A DNA stretch of 64,000 nt from Raillietiella orientalis (lineage: Eukaryota), in assembly GCA_036172245.1 (NCBI GenBank), contig JAYWIR010000050.1, positions 1,054,001-1,118,000 of the forward strand, in the 5' to 3' direction. The notes under the pieces were generated by a model. That model ran no database searches. It saw nothing but the letters and a program-made list of their open reading frames with translations, and was not told the DNA's origin. The stretch's first letter is position 1. The number at the start of each line of letters is the position of its first letter. The position numbers were made by a program, and so were the translations under genes. Positions 1-13,400 of the stretch are shown here, one piece after another.

Positions 1-82
1 CCTCTTCCTGATTCACATATAGTAATGCAGGTTGTGCGAGGGATTTTTTTATTAATCAAGATTTACAAGACATCAATGTATG

Positions 83-2194
83 TCAAAGAGGTGGCAAAGT
101 CTTTTCACCAGGTGATCCAGAAGTCAAATCTTCTTCTCTCAGACCAACACTCACCATAGGTCTACTGGCTAATTCAAGCAGTGCAATACCTTCTGCATTC
201 CTGTCCAGAATGCTGGAGCGATGATTCAAATGGACATCCTACATAAATTCTTACATTGGAGTGACAGTTTCTCTTTCCTACCTGTTTTGGAAATTCCTTG
301 CCAACACCCCACACTTCTAATTTATCCACTGTAAATTCAGGACTTGTTGCCAACTGAGGATTAGCATAAGTAGAGCAGGATGGCATGCAACTACCAACAC
401 CAAATTCATCACTTATCCAGAGACCAAAATGATGCAACTGTCCTCCAAATCCCATTCCATTGGGAAGCGTATGTTTTTGAGAATTCATATAAAGAAAATT
501 TGTATTATAGCCAGTGGAGGGGAATATTGCCAAATGTGGATGAAGAGAGAATAAGAAGCAATGCGAGGAACCAAAAAAATTACTATTCAAGTCCCAGCTT
601 TCAGAAGCAAAACCACCAAAAATATTACCGCCGTAGTCTCGAATTATGACGATAGATGGACCACAGTTTACTACATTATTCAGTAATTTGTAAAAACTCC
701 GACCATGATGCTCACTAGAGTACAACAAGTGCCAGCAGGATTGTAAATCAGATGGGATAGAGGAGTTCAATGTTAAAATGTGGGAGGCACACAACAGATT
801 GCTAGTTTCTAGGGTGGGCTCTTGTGCATGTAATTGTGGGAACAGGACAGGACTTTGGAAACAACTATCAGGAAATCCACATGCTACACCATACACTGCA
901 TGGCTCAAAAGTATTAGGAGGGAAGAATTTATCAACCATTTCTCCAAAGCTTCCAAATCACATTCTTTGTTATAAAAAGGCAAGTAAAGTGCATCTTTCA
1001 CTGCCATTCCAGGAAAAAGAAGATCACGCAAGAGCATCACAGCAAAATTTTCAGTTGACTCAAGAGTATCTCCCAAAGGGCCCCATGTCTCCAAAACTTT
1101 CTTCACTAATTCCAGTTGGAAAAAACTTTGCACAAGCAGAAGCAGATACTGTAAAAAAAATAAAAATAATATACATATAGATAAATAAATACAAATTTTG
1201 CTCTCTTTGTGAAAATTGCATCTGTCAGAAACAAGAAATGCATGCATACCTTTTCATAGATCTAATCAAATGTGACTGATACAAAATAATGAGAAACAAT
1301 GACTCCATATACAGATTAATAACATTATCAATTTTAATTGAAAGCAAACAGAGTTAAAGTATTTCAATGCTGACTTATAGAAATACAAGTCAGTATCTCA
1401 CAATGCCTTGTATTAGTAAATCTTAATCTGATGAATACAGAATAATACTGAATTATCTTACTGTATTCTTTAATTCGGTAAAGCACTGAACATCGAAAGA
1501 ACACTAGATGCTTATGTTTTCAAACTAATGCAATGCAACTCAATATGAAGAACATGCATTAGTTCCAAACACAGATTTCATAAATAACAGAAACTTGGGG
1601 AAAATGATACCCCTTAAGGAATGAAATTTAGTCAAGTACTTAGATAGGAAGGATTCTGCAATACCCACTGATAAATTACCCATTCACCAGATGATCTCTA
1701 TTGTAATAATGAAAGGCTATCAACATCTTAGTCCTAAAAAAATAATTAATTACTCACATTTTTTATTTCAACAGTTGAAATATGATCTTTAAAGAAAGGA
1801 GGATTCCAATCTTGGGATGCAATTGAAATTAAGCAATGTGCCAATTCATCAACAGATCCCCTTAATAGTATGCTTGCCAGCCATGCATAATCTGAATATG
1901 ATATTGCTTGATTATTACTTTCAGTCACATGAAGGGCTAAGATAAATAAATGATGAGCTATTTCAGCAGGTACATATTTGCTGAATTCTTTCTGTGTACA
2001 AACATATTGCAAATTATGTGAAAATCAAAGCAATCATGAACCTCAAAATCTTCCATCTTGCAATGCATAGTTCGGGAACTGCTTTCTCCAGAACTTATCA
2101 TATTTTGGAAGTGCTGAAATAAATATGCTTCTTCATCTGCTGAAAAGGAGACTGATCTTCTTCTTGTTACTTCTTTGCTGAACTTGACACCCAT
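83..2194 (-). CDS. MEAK7: TLDc-domain protein MEAK7/TLDC1; exons 2194-2042, 1991-1758, 1148-282, 238-83
   Basis: N-terminal MGVKFS myristoylation motif; TLDc motifs WHLLYSSEHHGRSF, FGGFASESW, GMGFGGQ, LEVWGVG; C-terminal SILD..ALLEL..GLRE. GT-AG introns of 50, 609 and 43 nt keep the frame to TGA at 85-83. Confidence 0.9.
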
Positions 2195-3530
2195 TATCTA
2201 GGTAAGATCCACGCCTATAAAATACAAATTTGATGACAGTGATAAAACTGAAACAGAAATTCAATATATCCAATTTTCCAATGTCTAAAATAAAAACGAA
2301 TACATGTTTTGGTTCAAAATTCTCAAGAATGTATATGATTTTAGCAATATGAAGCATTTAATTTTATAAGTGAAAACATGTAAGTTCATATATTCATATA
2401 GTATCTTTACTACAAACCTAGGCTGTACAAATTAAAAATCTGAAACAAGACTGCGCCATATTTCATGGAAATTCCTGAAGACTATAATGAGTTTTGTTAC
2501 TTTTTAGTTCAGTACTTCAATCAAAACAAATCAAAGGTTCTGTTACTTTCTAGTCCAGTACTTTTAGAAGATATGGCAGATCATCTGCTGATTCATAACT
2601 TGACGCTCTCTCTTTTGCACAAGCATGATCCATGTATATTGGTAAAGTAATTTGCACCCGTTTTTAAATGTCTCGACATGAAACCTCTTTCAGTCTCTGT
2701 TCCTGAATTCACAGGCAATTCAAAAAATGTATACACATGTAAGTAGCGTTACGTGTTAATTGCATCGAAAATTATGATACAGCCAAACACCAACTTTCTG
2801 AAGACAAAAAAAAACAATCTACACCTATCACCAAGCCGTTGAAATAATACATTCTGTGGCATATAGTACCACTGAGAAAAAAGTGCTGCACAGTGAAATA
2901 CAAAACATTCTGAAGTTCTTATGAATTCATAAAAAAACTGGGCAAACGGAGCGCAAAACGAATCCAACGAATAGCCCCAAGGGCTAGTTCTTCATCGAGG
3001 GGATCGAAAATGATTTTCAAAATGATTGCGGGCACCAAAACTCAAGTGATGCATAGCTGGAATTCTGAAAACCAAACTGGAGGAAACAATCCTAAATAGA
3101 AATGGGACATGCTGACATATACGTTTCATTTGATAAAGCAGCGTGTACAATACAACCATACGAAAACGGCAATTCGGGAACCTATGCAGGAACTAAACTA
3201 TAGGGACACAAAGTTTCCTATTCATACTGTGGAATGGAGACAGCTGCATTACCAAAATGCAAGGGGAACATGTCCAAACAGAAAAGTTTCAATAATGAAC
3301 GTCTGCCCATGGAAATAAACGCAACATCAATCTTCAAAACAATTCGAACACTGGGAAAAATTATCTCACACGACCGGTGCAACTGCAAAACCGAACGCAA
3401 AATACCATCTCTCCAACTTCAAGGAGGTGGAAAATGTTTTCCACATGTATTTTCCACGAAATCTATTGAGAAGAATGAAATCCTAAACTTTGCATTCACT
3501 AAAAAAAAAAAAAACTTGGATTTCTATACG

Positions 3531-3686
3531 TAGTATATATATATATACTACGTATAGAAAACTACGTATATATATGTATATATATATATGTATATATATG
3601 TATATACATATATACGTATATGTATACGTATATATATATATATATACGTATATATATTATATATATATATATAATATATATATTTA
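3531..3686. repeat. (TA)n microsatellite with TATACG/TATG interruptions
   Basis: Directly visible dinucleotide run. Confidence 0.95.
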
Positions 3687-6161
3687 TCTACACCCTCCAA
3701 TCAATGCTGCAGTTTGTTTTTGCATTCTGGAGACGAAATGTAAAATTTCGACAATTCATGGTAGAAACTCGTCTTTTGTAAGAGGATATGAAGATTCCAC
3801 TCAGCTTCGATAATCAAAAGTGATTGATATGGAAGAATACGTTCCATACCGATTGACAAAGACTTCAATTCAACGATGCAAAGGATTTCTAGGAAAAAAA
3901 ATGAAAAGAAGAAAAAAAAACATAAAAAGAAAAAAAAAAAACCATCCAGTTGCAGAAGTAACTTGTAGACAATCATGTAGATATTAAGACAAGCTTTTCT
4001 TATTCTTATTTAGATGTTTTTACACATTCTATTGCAAATGTAACAGTAGGCATTTGAACTCCTTAGCCTTAAACGTTTTTTCCCTTGTTATTTCGTTCAA
4101 TGGTGTTTCCTATTTAATGAACTGCGTTATTAAATGTGGACATATTCAAAAATTTTCTTTATTAGTAATGTGATCGTTTTGTACAGGTCAAAACAAACTA
4201 TATGCCACTAAACAATCTCTTTGCTGACCACATATCTGATTTCCAATTTCCCCTGCTTTACATTTACTGACAAAATAAATCATTTTCATTCCTGGAAAAA
4301 AAAATAAAAATCAGGCAGACTCGCACTGCTCGTTCATAATAAGGATAAGCCTATTGCGGTGACATCTTATCCTTAATACCGATGATGACCTAATAACCCT
4401 TCAAAAATCGGAGAATCCATTACTTGTACAATTCATGTACTCCGATCTGAATTCCAGTCATAAGTGGCAGAACCAATTTTGTCCTGAATCTTAATCATAG
4501 GCAATTTTAAAGTACTTAAGGGTTTCCTTAAATTCTGTATTTCATGCAGGATGCAATTCGCGCTGCAGAACTGTTGAAGAAACGCACTCAGTTTTTTCGA
4601 AAGCCGTCTCGGAAACAACAGAATTACTTTATTTCTTCTTATGGTTGCTCCGCAAAGAATACATTCTTGATTCTGTTATTCACTATGGATCGGTTTTTTT
4701 TCTTTCTAAATCAATGCTTGGCATCTCTGCTCTTATGGTGTTCATGCACCTGTTCTACTGTAGGGAACACGCAATTGTCTGGAAGTTCTGACTCGGAAAA
4801 ACCTGCCTGACTGATGGTTTGCTAAAACAAAAATATTTCCGCAGAATCGAATTGTACAAAGAGAATATAGTTCATATTTCAAGCGTTTCCAACTGCATAT
4901 AAGCATTTGTGCGAACAAGTTTATTGAACTCGAATTTGAAGCCTAGTTTTGAACAAAAATGCGTTCTCAATTAGTCTTATGATTACAATAATTCTCATAA
5001 TCTTCTATTTAATTGGATTCACTGATGACCAAACATATTCCAGTTTACTATCATTGCAAGGCTCCCTGCAACCTGGGGTGTTTAAAAAAGGTTTTTTCCT
5101 TCTTTTTGTGAAGGACGTGATCTCGAAAATCCATGCAAAACGTCTTTAAAAAATTGTAAGGTCTCCATAAATCATCATCAAATAAAACGCCTGAGGCAAT
5201 GTTTCGGCTCAAGTGCTTTTATGAAATTTGAGAGAGAAAGATATTTCTTATACATTGTGTATTACTCAAAAAGGTCGGAAACTAATCGTTATTAAGGATT
5301 TTTAGACTGTCTGAATGCAATAACTTCTTATTCTACCATTATTATTATTTTTCCGTTACTTTAATGGAGCAGCTATTAGCAGTATTGATAAGCCAGTTCT
5401 TGTGAAATTAACGTTAAGACCAAGACTTTTTCCTTGAATTCTGGAGCACAATTATTTCACCATTGGAAAAACAAGTCCGCTGAATCCATGAAACGGCTGA
5501 ATCTCAGTTAACGAAATGTTACGCCCTTTTAACTATGAAATGATTAAAACGAAAACACTGCATGTAATCAATAGTTTGGTGGTTTGAAGGGCAGTTCTAT
5601 CGGTGAAGACCAACTAATTCTTGGGATTCGTGGGGTGCTTGCTGCGTCAAAGTTTGCCTCATTTTCTGATAGCAAAAGGTCTCTCCGATCCAAGCAGATG
5701 AAGAGATCCCACGAGCGGATCACTAACTTGAAACTGCTCCCTTGAATTGACATTTTTTAATCCGAGCAAAAGGAAAATGGAAAAAAATATCCGCGTATGA
5801 AACGCAGAATAAACGCTGATCATAGATTAACTATTTCCGTGAATCACCGCAGACATACCATTCCAGCTCTCCGTATGCTTAGAGAAAATGCACATGAACT
5901 CTACTTTCCGACCTCCATTCATGGGTGAAACGACTGCTCAATGTTCCCTATTTTCCTTCTCTTAAAAAAGAGCGTGAGCATCGCCGAATGTTACAACCAC
6001 GTCTAGATAAACTGGAAACAGAAAGGCGATCGATCAGTGAGCATGGAGGCTTTGAAACCACATGACATCGTTTTTCTTTTAACTGAGAAATTTTCTGAGC
6101 AAATCCTGTGGAGATCACGCGTGCACGAGCTGCATGTGTTGAAATCAAAGGATTTCGGTAG

Positions 6162-6495
6162 TCTTCATGACAGGGGGGTACCCCGGGAGGGCTCCGCCCT
6201 ATGAATCCAGGAAGGACTCGGAGTCCGTTCCTCTCACGCCTGGGGAGGGATCCCCGGAAATGGAGTTCACCTCCACCCTGGTTGTCTCCAAAGGGGAATC
6301 CCGAAGAGAATCTCCTTCCTCATTCTCTCCGAAGAAAATCTCGTAGGGGTCCGCTCCAGTTTTTCTTCTCTGAAGGGAACCCGGAAAGGACCCGATCCTG
6401 GAGTTCCTTCTCCGGAAGGAGCCCCCGCAAGGGATCCGATCCTGTTTTTACTCCTCTGAAGAGAAACCAGGTTCCGAAATTCAGAAGGACGCAGT
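6162..6495 (-). repeat. Partial copy of the hairpin-array element at 45105-45940
   Basis: Reverse complement matches ~45530-45870, e.g. ccgccctatgaatccaggaaggactcggagtccgttcctct and accctggttgtctcc. Confidence 0.85.
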
Positions 6496-9400
6496 GAGGA
6501 AATGAAACACACAGAAAGTATAAACTCCTTCGTGGAACAATTCTGAACGGACTGCTTCATTATTACAACGGTTTCTTAAAGGAACAGACATCGCAAAAAG
6601 GAAAGAAAGAAACTGTTCAAAACTATGAAATTTTCATTGGCTGCCATTCTTTCCCAGTGGGTGGAAACTAATGTAACCATGATTCCAAGTCTCTAATGGA
6701 AACTCGACACTTGAGGTTTCAATACACGTACGTTCACGCGATGGCAGACACGTGTGCGTTTGATCCGTGTACCACCGTTTTTCGTTCGAAGCAGCATTTG
6801 ACAGCAAGTACAAAATGGGGGCGAGGCTGTATCGGGTTGCAGGATACACGCACATCCATTCCTTCGTAACCACGGAAGCGCATCCCTCGTGAGAAAACTC
6901 CCGGTTCCCCACATATGTTCCTTCCTGGAGATGCAGTCGCCGTTTCCGGGTGATCTGCGTTGCGTAGAAAGCTCACGGATGGCTGGTGCAACACGCCAAT
7001 CGATCTCTGGATCTGGACCGCGAAGATCATTGCGAACCGCTTTTCAACTTTCTGCAAAACCAGTTCCTATTTTCCACGACTTGCTCTTTTCATGCACGGT
7101 AACTTTAGCAATCAGAAACGGCTTCCGGTAAGGCCAGAAGGGCTCCGCAAAGCAAAACCAACCATAAAACCCGCAACATCTTTGCTTCGGAAAACAACGG
7201 AACACATCACGAAATCCCAAGTTCCTGGACGAGTGAAACGAAAAGCGGGTGGGTCAAGAGATTCGCTGTTGAACCACGAGAGATCATGTCGTCACATGTC
7301 TGAGCCCCGTGATCTCACGGCTAATGAGTAATTCCGCGATGCTCTCCGGAAGACACGCAAGATCTTTCAAGCACGCAGTTTACTGTCCCGGCAAAACATG
7401 AGCCACTTACTTTCCGTGAGTGTTTCTTCGAGCAGTATCGACCAGGTTATCGAGGATTGGTTTGCCACATCGAATCAAGCGTTCCGCACTGTCCGCTGTC
7501 ATCGTGTGAGTCGCAGTACTCTCTCGGCTCCTTATCGGCGCTGCAAGAGTAAATATTTTCGCAAGAAATTTTGCGCAACTCCACATTCGCCAGCCTGCGA
7601 GCTTAGGAAAACCGTTTACAGATAAGAAGCGCTGAGGCAGGCACACACCACAAACAGCGCTCCGGAACGTTCAAATTTGTGGACGTTTGTTTGCAAATAT
7701 TCTGAAGCCATGTGGCCGAGGCGGCAGCGTAACCAGGCGATCTGCATTCAGCCGGAAACCTTCTTCTCACCTCCTCCCCTCCCCTCCCCTCCCCCCCGCC
7801 CCCGCCAACCCAAGGGATTCGGGAAATTCGATCTGCAACCACATCCCGCACCTCATGCTAAGACACCTTGCTGGCGGATGATGACACTTGGTGAGGTGCG
7901 ACCGCACACGTCAAGAGGAGGAAGCTCTCGATCAAATCCACCACCGGTTCGAAGTTGCATCAATGCAAGTAAGGAAATCCATCTTCCGCGCATCCGCAGC
8001 ATGGAATAATGAAGATGCAGGAAGAAAAAAAAAAAAAAAGGAGAGACGAAAACGAAATGTCGAAACGTGGAAACGTACAACTCGTCACGAAATTCTCCCA
8101 ATATGAGAAACTCCACCTACAGCAACTGATGAATCCCTCGGTACGGAAGATTCCACACATTCTTCTTTAATAACACTTTAAGGATTTTTCAGTGGAACAT
8201 ACAAACTAAAGTGCTGTAGCGTGTGATTAAGGGTTAACGATAATCAATTAGATTAGGATTGTAAAAACGAAAAGCTGAGTTCAATACTGCACATTAAATA
8301 CATACACATAGTTGCCCTAGACACTTCCCTAGTGATCCATGTTTGTTTACATACAAACTTTGAGTGCAATCGAATGATTGGATTAATCTTCATTAACCCA
8401 ACGTGTGGGAATGAAACGTGCACCTTTTGCAAATATGTAACCTTTACTTATGTAACCATAAGTACATCAGTAAGTACAAGGATGTACTATATCCTACTAT
8501 GTTAAGTCGTTCAATGTAGATGTACAAAACTTGGAAAATTTCTCTTAAACGACATCATTTGCGCACGCAAAGTTTTCATCATTTGTAAATCAAAATGCCT
8601 GAAGTTCACATACAACAGATTGGATGTTTACCTGATGTTTTTTTGATATACACCTTTCCGTCCACAAATCCTCACTCACTTCTGTGTGAAGCCTGTCTCA
8701 AGATTGTATTGCTATCTTTAGCTTTAAAACTCCCACAGACTAGAAACAGATGTTGCCTGACAGACGATCACTTCATGTTGCTATGTCTAGCCATCAATGT
8801 TAACCAGTCCAAAAAGGAGTATTCATGACTCCCTGAGGGACTATCATTTCGAATCCTCAGAAAAATGCACATGCGTACATAACGCATTGAAAGTTCTCTT
8901 TTCATGTTCAGTTGGAGAAATCCTAATCAAACGACTTTTTTCAACAATGACTCGTATTCTGAAATGCACACCTAAGCACACGTGAAACACATCTCTTTAA
9001 AAAATATCAAGAATATGTAAATGAATTTATTTTTATACTAATTATGCATCAACGACCATGGTACTACCTGATATTTGATCGCTCTAACCAAAAGACTGAT
9101 TTTCATACGTATCTTCTGATTTATTTTGGGAAATGAAAAAGTGAAGATAAATTTACAGTTTGCACGTTATCACCAAACACGAATGGATGCTGAATCAAAA
9201 CAAGTATTATAAAAATCATTCCAAACAACTCGAGAAATCTTGCAATGCTTTCTGTATGGGCTCAACGGAGTGCCCTCGGAAATAACGTAGCCTTTTGGTA
9301 GGCTGAAGTTTTCGAGGACCACTTCCTCTACGATTCTAAATGATTTCCATCTGCCAGGACGTCGCTACTCGGCTGCATCACAGACGTCGGAAAGCACGCC

Positions 9401-11686
9401 AAAACTTTCGATTCATTTCTTTGGTGCCAATCCACTTTCCTCATTCTGGCAAACCTGCAGCCTTCCTGTCTTTCACATCAAAGGCGGCGGCACTTTTCGT
9501 TATGATTCAAACCAATGATACAGCTGCTGACGAAAAAGCGGTGCACAGGAATTTTCCTAAGAAGGCCAAATAATTGTAACTAAAAACCTAAAAATTAATA
9601 TCGTGCAAAAATTACGTATAATCACACGGCAAAGCACTGAAATCAAAAGAGCCAACTTCAACATGTGGTTTACGTTACGTTCAAAAAAAAGCCAATCAGG
9701 GAAACATTAAGGCGAGCGCAAACTTCCACTTTTACGGAATTTTTTTTCCTCTTGAACATTCATATTGTACCCTTTCATCTTAGTTTTACTGTTTTAAGGA
9801 ATATGCAATCTGCAGTATCTGCGAAAGGTTCACCCAAAACAATTGAAACCCCAAAATCAGAATTCAATTGTACCGTTTCCCAGATTTTCACTAGGCAAAT
9901 ACGAAAATCGAAACCATGACCAGGAAACCAAATCAAAACGAGATTAAAAGCAGATGATGTGTTGTTGTTTTTCTTCTTCTTTTGGCTTTTTCAAACCTTG
10001 AATTTGCATTTGGATTTTTCAATCCTTCCTCAAATATCATCCATATTGGAAGACAACACGTAACAGGCCACGCATTCCAACTCGTACGGCCTTTCCACAG
10101 GTATATACTAAACCTCAAACAAGCTACTCGTCAGCTGTTATGCAAAGGTAAGTTTCCACACTAAATAATATTTGATTCAAACTCTAAAACTGAGACTTAT
10201 TTTCATAGAATTCACACCACATAGAAAGCTGTTCAAACAACCATAAGCTTAACCTTAATCCTCATTGTCATCTGATGCAAAGTAGACTAATGGCAGTTGT
10301 TTTATCTTGTGAATAATGAGGCAAAACTACACTGGACTACATCATAAACTTGCAACTCGATTGGAGAAGAATGATGTACAAACTAGCAGTGCTAACGTTA
10401 AAGAAAAGAATCCTGTGCTTTCACTGACATCTGACTATAATCATCTTAACCACGATTATGCAACTTTCATGCAACCTGATTTTTTTTCTTGCTTGCAATG
10501 TACTTTTTCCCAATTACTCTGCTGGATAACAAAGGCATACAATAATTTACACAAAATTCTTTATTGGTGGTACATAAAATATTTTCAAAAAGCTTATCAA
10601 CACTGTGTGGGATCCTGAGTTCTTAAATAAATTTAACTCAAGAGAGCAACATCCAAAATAATTATACTGTCACCTAATCTTTGGAAAAATAAACATATTA
10701 CAAGGAGAAAGCTAAGGTTTACAAGATCCCAGAATTTCCACTGCTTATCAAAATAATCTTTGATAAATAACAAATTGGTATACCAAGATTCAATAACTTT
10801 AAGATTAATGTTCAACAGCGTACAAAAATGGGATAACTGTTTAAGTGATTTCTTAGAAATTATCCTAGTAATACAAAGTATGAAAAATTACTGTTTGGCA
10901 GTGGGCAGAAAGAAATCATGAAGAGCACAAAATGTATTATGAAAGCTACACAGTGTAAACTTCACAAAAATCTTTAGGATTTTCCCTGGCAGGATCCATG
11001 ATCATATATATTATACAATTAACTACGTAATGCAGCATGAGAACACATGAGTTATATTAATGATTTCAACAACCAAATACTCTTAGGATGATGGATGGAA
11101 GAATGAGGAATCCTCTCAGCATAGAATGCAACCTCCATAGCAATCTATTATTCCACATGAAATTTCCTGTTGTTAAACATAAATAGTCCTAAAGGCATGC
11201 AAAGGATAGGTGATTTCATTTACATATACAAAAGTCAATTCATTTGTTCAACTGCCAACCTTTCATGTGATGGGTTTTCCCATAAATCCCTTGATTAGTT
11301 GTGAAACATGGAAACTATTCGCTATGCAAAGTGCAAAATAAATTGCATGCTGGTAAATACTAAATTACAAACAATTATGCAGTTACTTTTGCTTTGGGAA
11401 CATCAAACCACCACAAGCTGTGCAATTAGTGATATTGTTTAGGCAGATTGACAAAACCTGGAAATGATCCTTGAATTTTAACCAATGTAGCTCAAAAAAG
11501 ACCTCAGCAGTGAGAACCAAGTATGATGCAACATATTTTAAATACATAAACTAAATTCAAAGGTAAACAAAATTATTAGATAAAATGAGAACTTTATTCC
11601 ACATAATACATAAAAACAAAAATGCAGTAGTTGTCCATTAAATTATAAAACATTAAAAAATAAAAAAAGCATATAATACTTTGCAA

Positions 11687-12676
11687 TCACATAGTACCTA
11701 ACATTGTTGTGGATCCAGTTTTATTTAGGGATGAAAATGAATTGGAGCGGGCAATTCCTATGTACTTAAATAATATGTGATACATACAATACCACACAAG
11801 CATGGCAACTAAACCACCAACAAGTTTTTGAGGTAACGTATGGAAATATAATATGGTAGCAAGGAGCATAACGTCCCATAAAATGCTTAAAACGGTCAGC
11901 ATGATGAACACAGTTCTAACAAATGGTGTAATTAGGACATAGAGATGTTGTAGATAATGAAATTCACTGTCAGATAACATAGAAAGAGGCGTTGTATTTG
12001 GTATATCATTCTTCCGAGAATAATTTTCGTTGAGAAATACATGCTCTAGATTCTCCCATCCCTTCATTGCACGTGCTTCTTCTTGGATGAACAGATTACA
12101 AAATATCAGGATAAATGCATGACCAGATATATCAAAGCCAAACCATTGTAATTGCAGTTGTTCACAACATTTCTTCGTTGAACATAATTCACCCCCTCTT
12201 CCGTGGCATCGTTCAAACCATTTTTCAATGAGATGAAAACTTTGAATGCTGAGAAACCAGCCAAGCGACCCCAATACAGGTCTTGACAACTGTTTCAGGA
12301 TTTTTCTTTTATTGCCACAACAATATACGTAACCGGTTAATGAAATAAAGCACGTCACAATACAAAAAGTCCATCCCCAAGAATATTTTACAAAGTATTG
12401 ATTGAAGACATTTTCCTTCGCACTCAAATAAGACTTTGGAAAAGGTAAGAAATCCGTGATGAGGGATCCAACGAATAGTAGTAGAAAATACACAGGAATT
12501 CTTGTCTCGAAATTCAAGAACAAAATCTTTTTACAAATATGCATCAACAATAACAGAAAAACCTTCCGTATGGAAGTGGGTTTGGGCAAGGGCTTCAAGA
12601 TGGCATTCCCCAATTTCTCGCATTTCGAGTCTTCCTCGAAATAACGAAATTTTAACGGTGCCTTCCGTAAAGGCAT
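11687..12676 (-). CDS. FITM2: Fat storage-inducing transmembrane protein (FIT family acyl-CoA diphosphatase), intronless
   Basis: 329-aa ORF with NVFNQYFVKYSWGWT, GFDISGHAFILI, IQEEAR and YFHTLPQK motifs of FIT/Scs3 proteins; several hydrophobic segments. Confidence 0.93.
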   Translation of the reverse strand: MPLRKAPLKFRYFEEDSKCEKLGNAILKPLPKPTSIRKVFLLLLMHICKKILFLNFETRIPVYFLLLFVGSLITDFLPFPKSYLSAKENVFNQYFVKYSWGWTFCIVTCFISLTGYVYCCGNKRKILKQLSRPVLGSLGWFLSIQSFHLIEKWFERCHGRGGELCSTKKCCEQLQLQWFGFDISGHAFILIFCNLFIQEEARAMKGWENLEHVFLNENYSRKNDIPNTTPLSMLSDSEFHYLQHLYVLITPFVRTVFIMLTVLSILWDVMLLATILYFHTLPQKLVGGLVAMLVWYCMYHILFKYIGIARSNSFSSLNKTGSTTMLGTM

Positions 12677-12699
12677 ATTCCGAGTTCCTTATTACAATA

Positions 12700-13400
12700 C
12701 AACGTTTTGATGGTCACACAATTTCATACCATTTTTTTATGAAAACATGGGAACGGGGGTGCGGGTTGCGCAATACAGCACGAATCCGTCCGCACGGAGA
12801 CGCCCGGCAACGCGACGAGCCCTTTGCAGGGTCTCGAACCCCATAAGGGCCGGTTTGCTCCACAAGGAAACTGGGGAAAAAGATCAAATGCTTCGACACG
12901 TAACCCTCATTACCTTATCACCGTACGAATGCATCAGCGCGACGTGCCTCCGGCCGGGCGTGCCTCGGCTTCGGCCGCCAACGCTTCGCTGGCAACGCGG
13001 AAACACCGCGCATCCTTGGCGCCACTGCTTCCGAGAGTGTGAGGCTGTCCACGGCATCCTTTCGTTCCAGACGAGAAAGAAAGGCCGAGGGGGGAGAGGG
13101 GGAGAGAACCCGATGCTTACACGCCAGACGAAGTGTTGGTTGCCTTTGGTTTCGTTTTGCTTCCCCGTCTGTCTGCGATTCTCGGTTCGGCGAGCATCCC
13201 TTTTGGCGCCGCCTCATAAAGTATACTTTTTGTATCGTTGCAAAACTCTTTCGATTATACAGGAAGGCCGTCTATTTTTGCATGGCACTTTGAGCACACG
13301 GTTGCACATTACATGGCCTTCTTTGCTGGGAAGGGGGATTTGTGCATCAGCAGAAGGAAGAATGTAAGGTTCGGTTGTCCGTTTTTTTTTAGAAGTAGGA
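12700..13400. promoter_or_regulatory. CpG-rich island, likely divergent promoter for FITM (-) and EB1 (+)
   Basis: GC/CpG-rich block directly upstream of the FITM ATG, ending in a + strand donor-like site (aat|gtaagg, ~13344). Function is inferred. Confidence 0.5.

Noticed and set aside
6456..6500. Hammerhead-like CTGAAGA...GAAA
   Set aside because: No proper stem III or NUH site, and the homologous stretch near 45550 lacks the core.
12747..13367. 206-aa ORF
   Set aside because: No recognisable domain; a by-product of the GC-rich promoter region.
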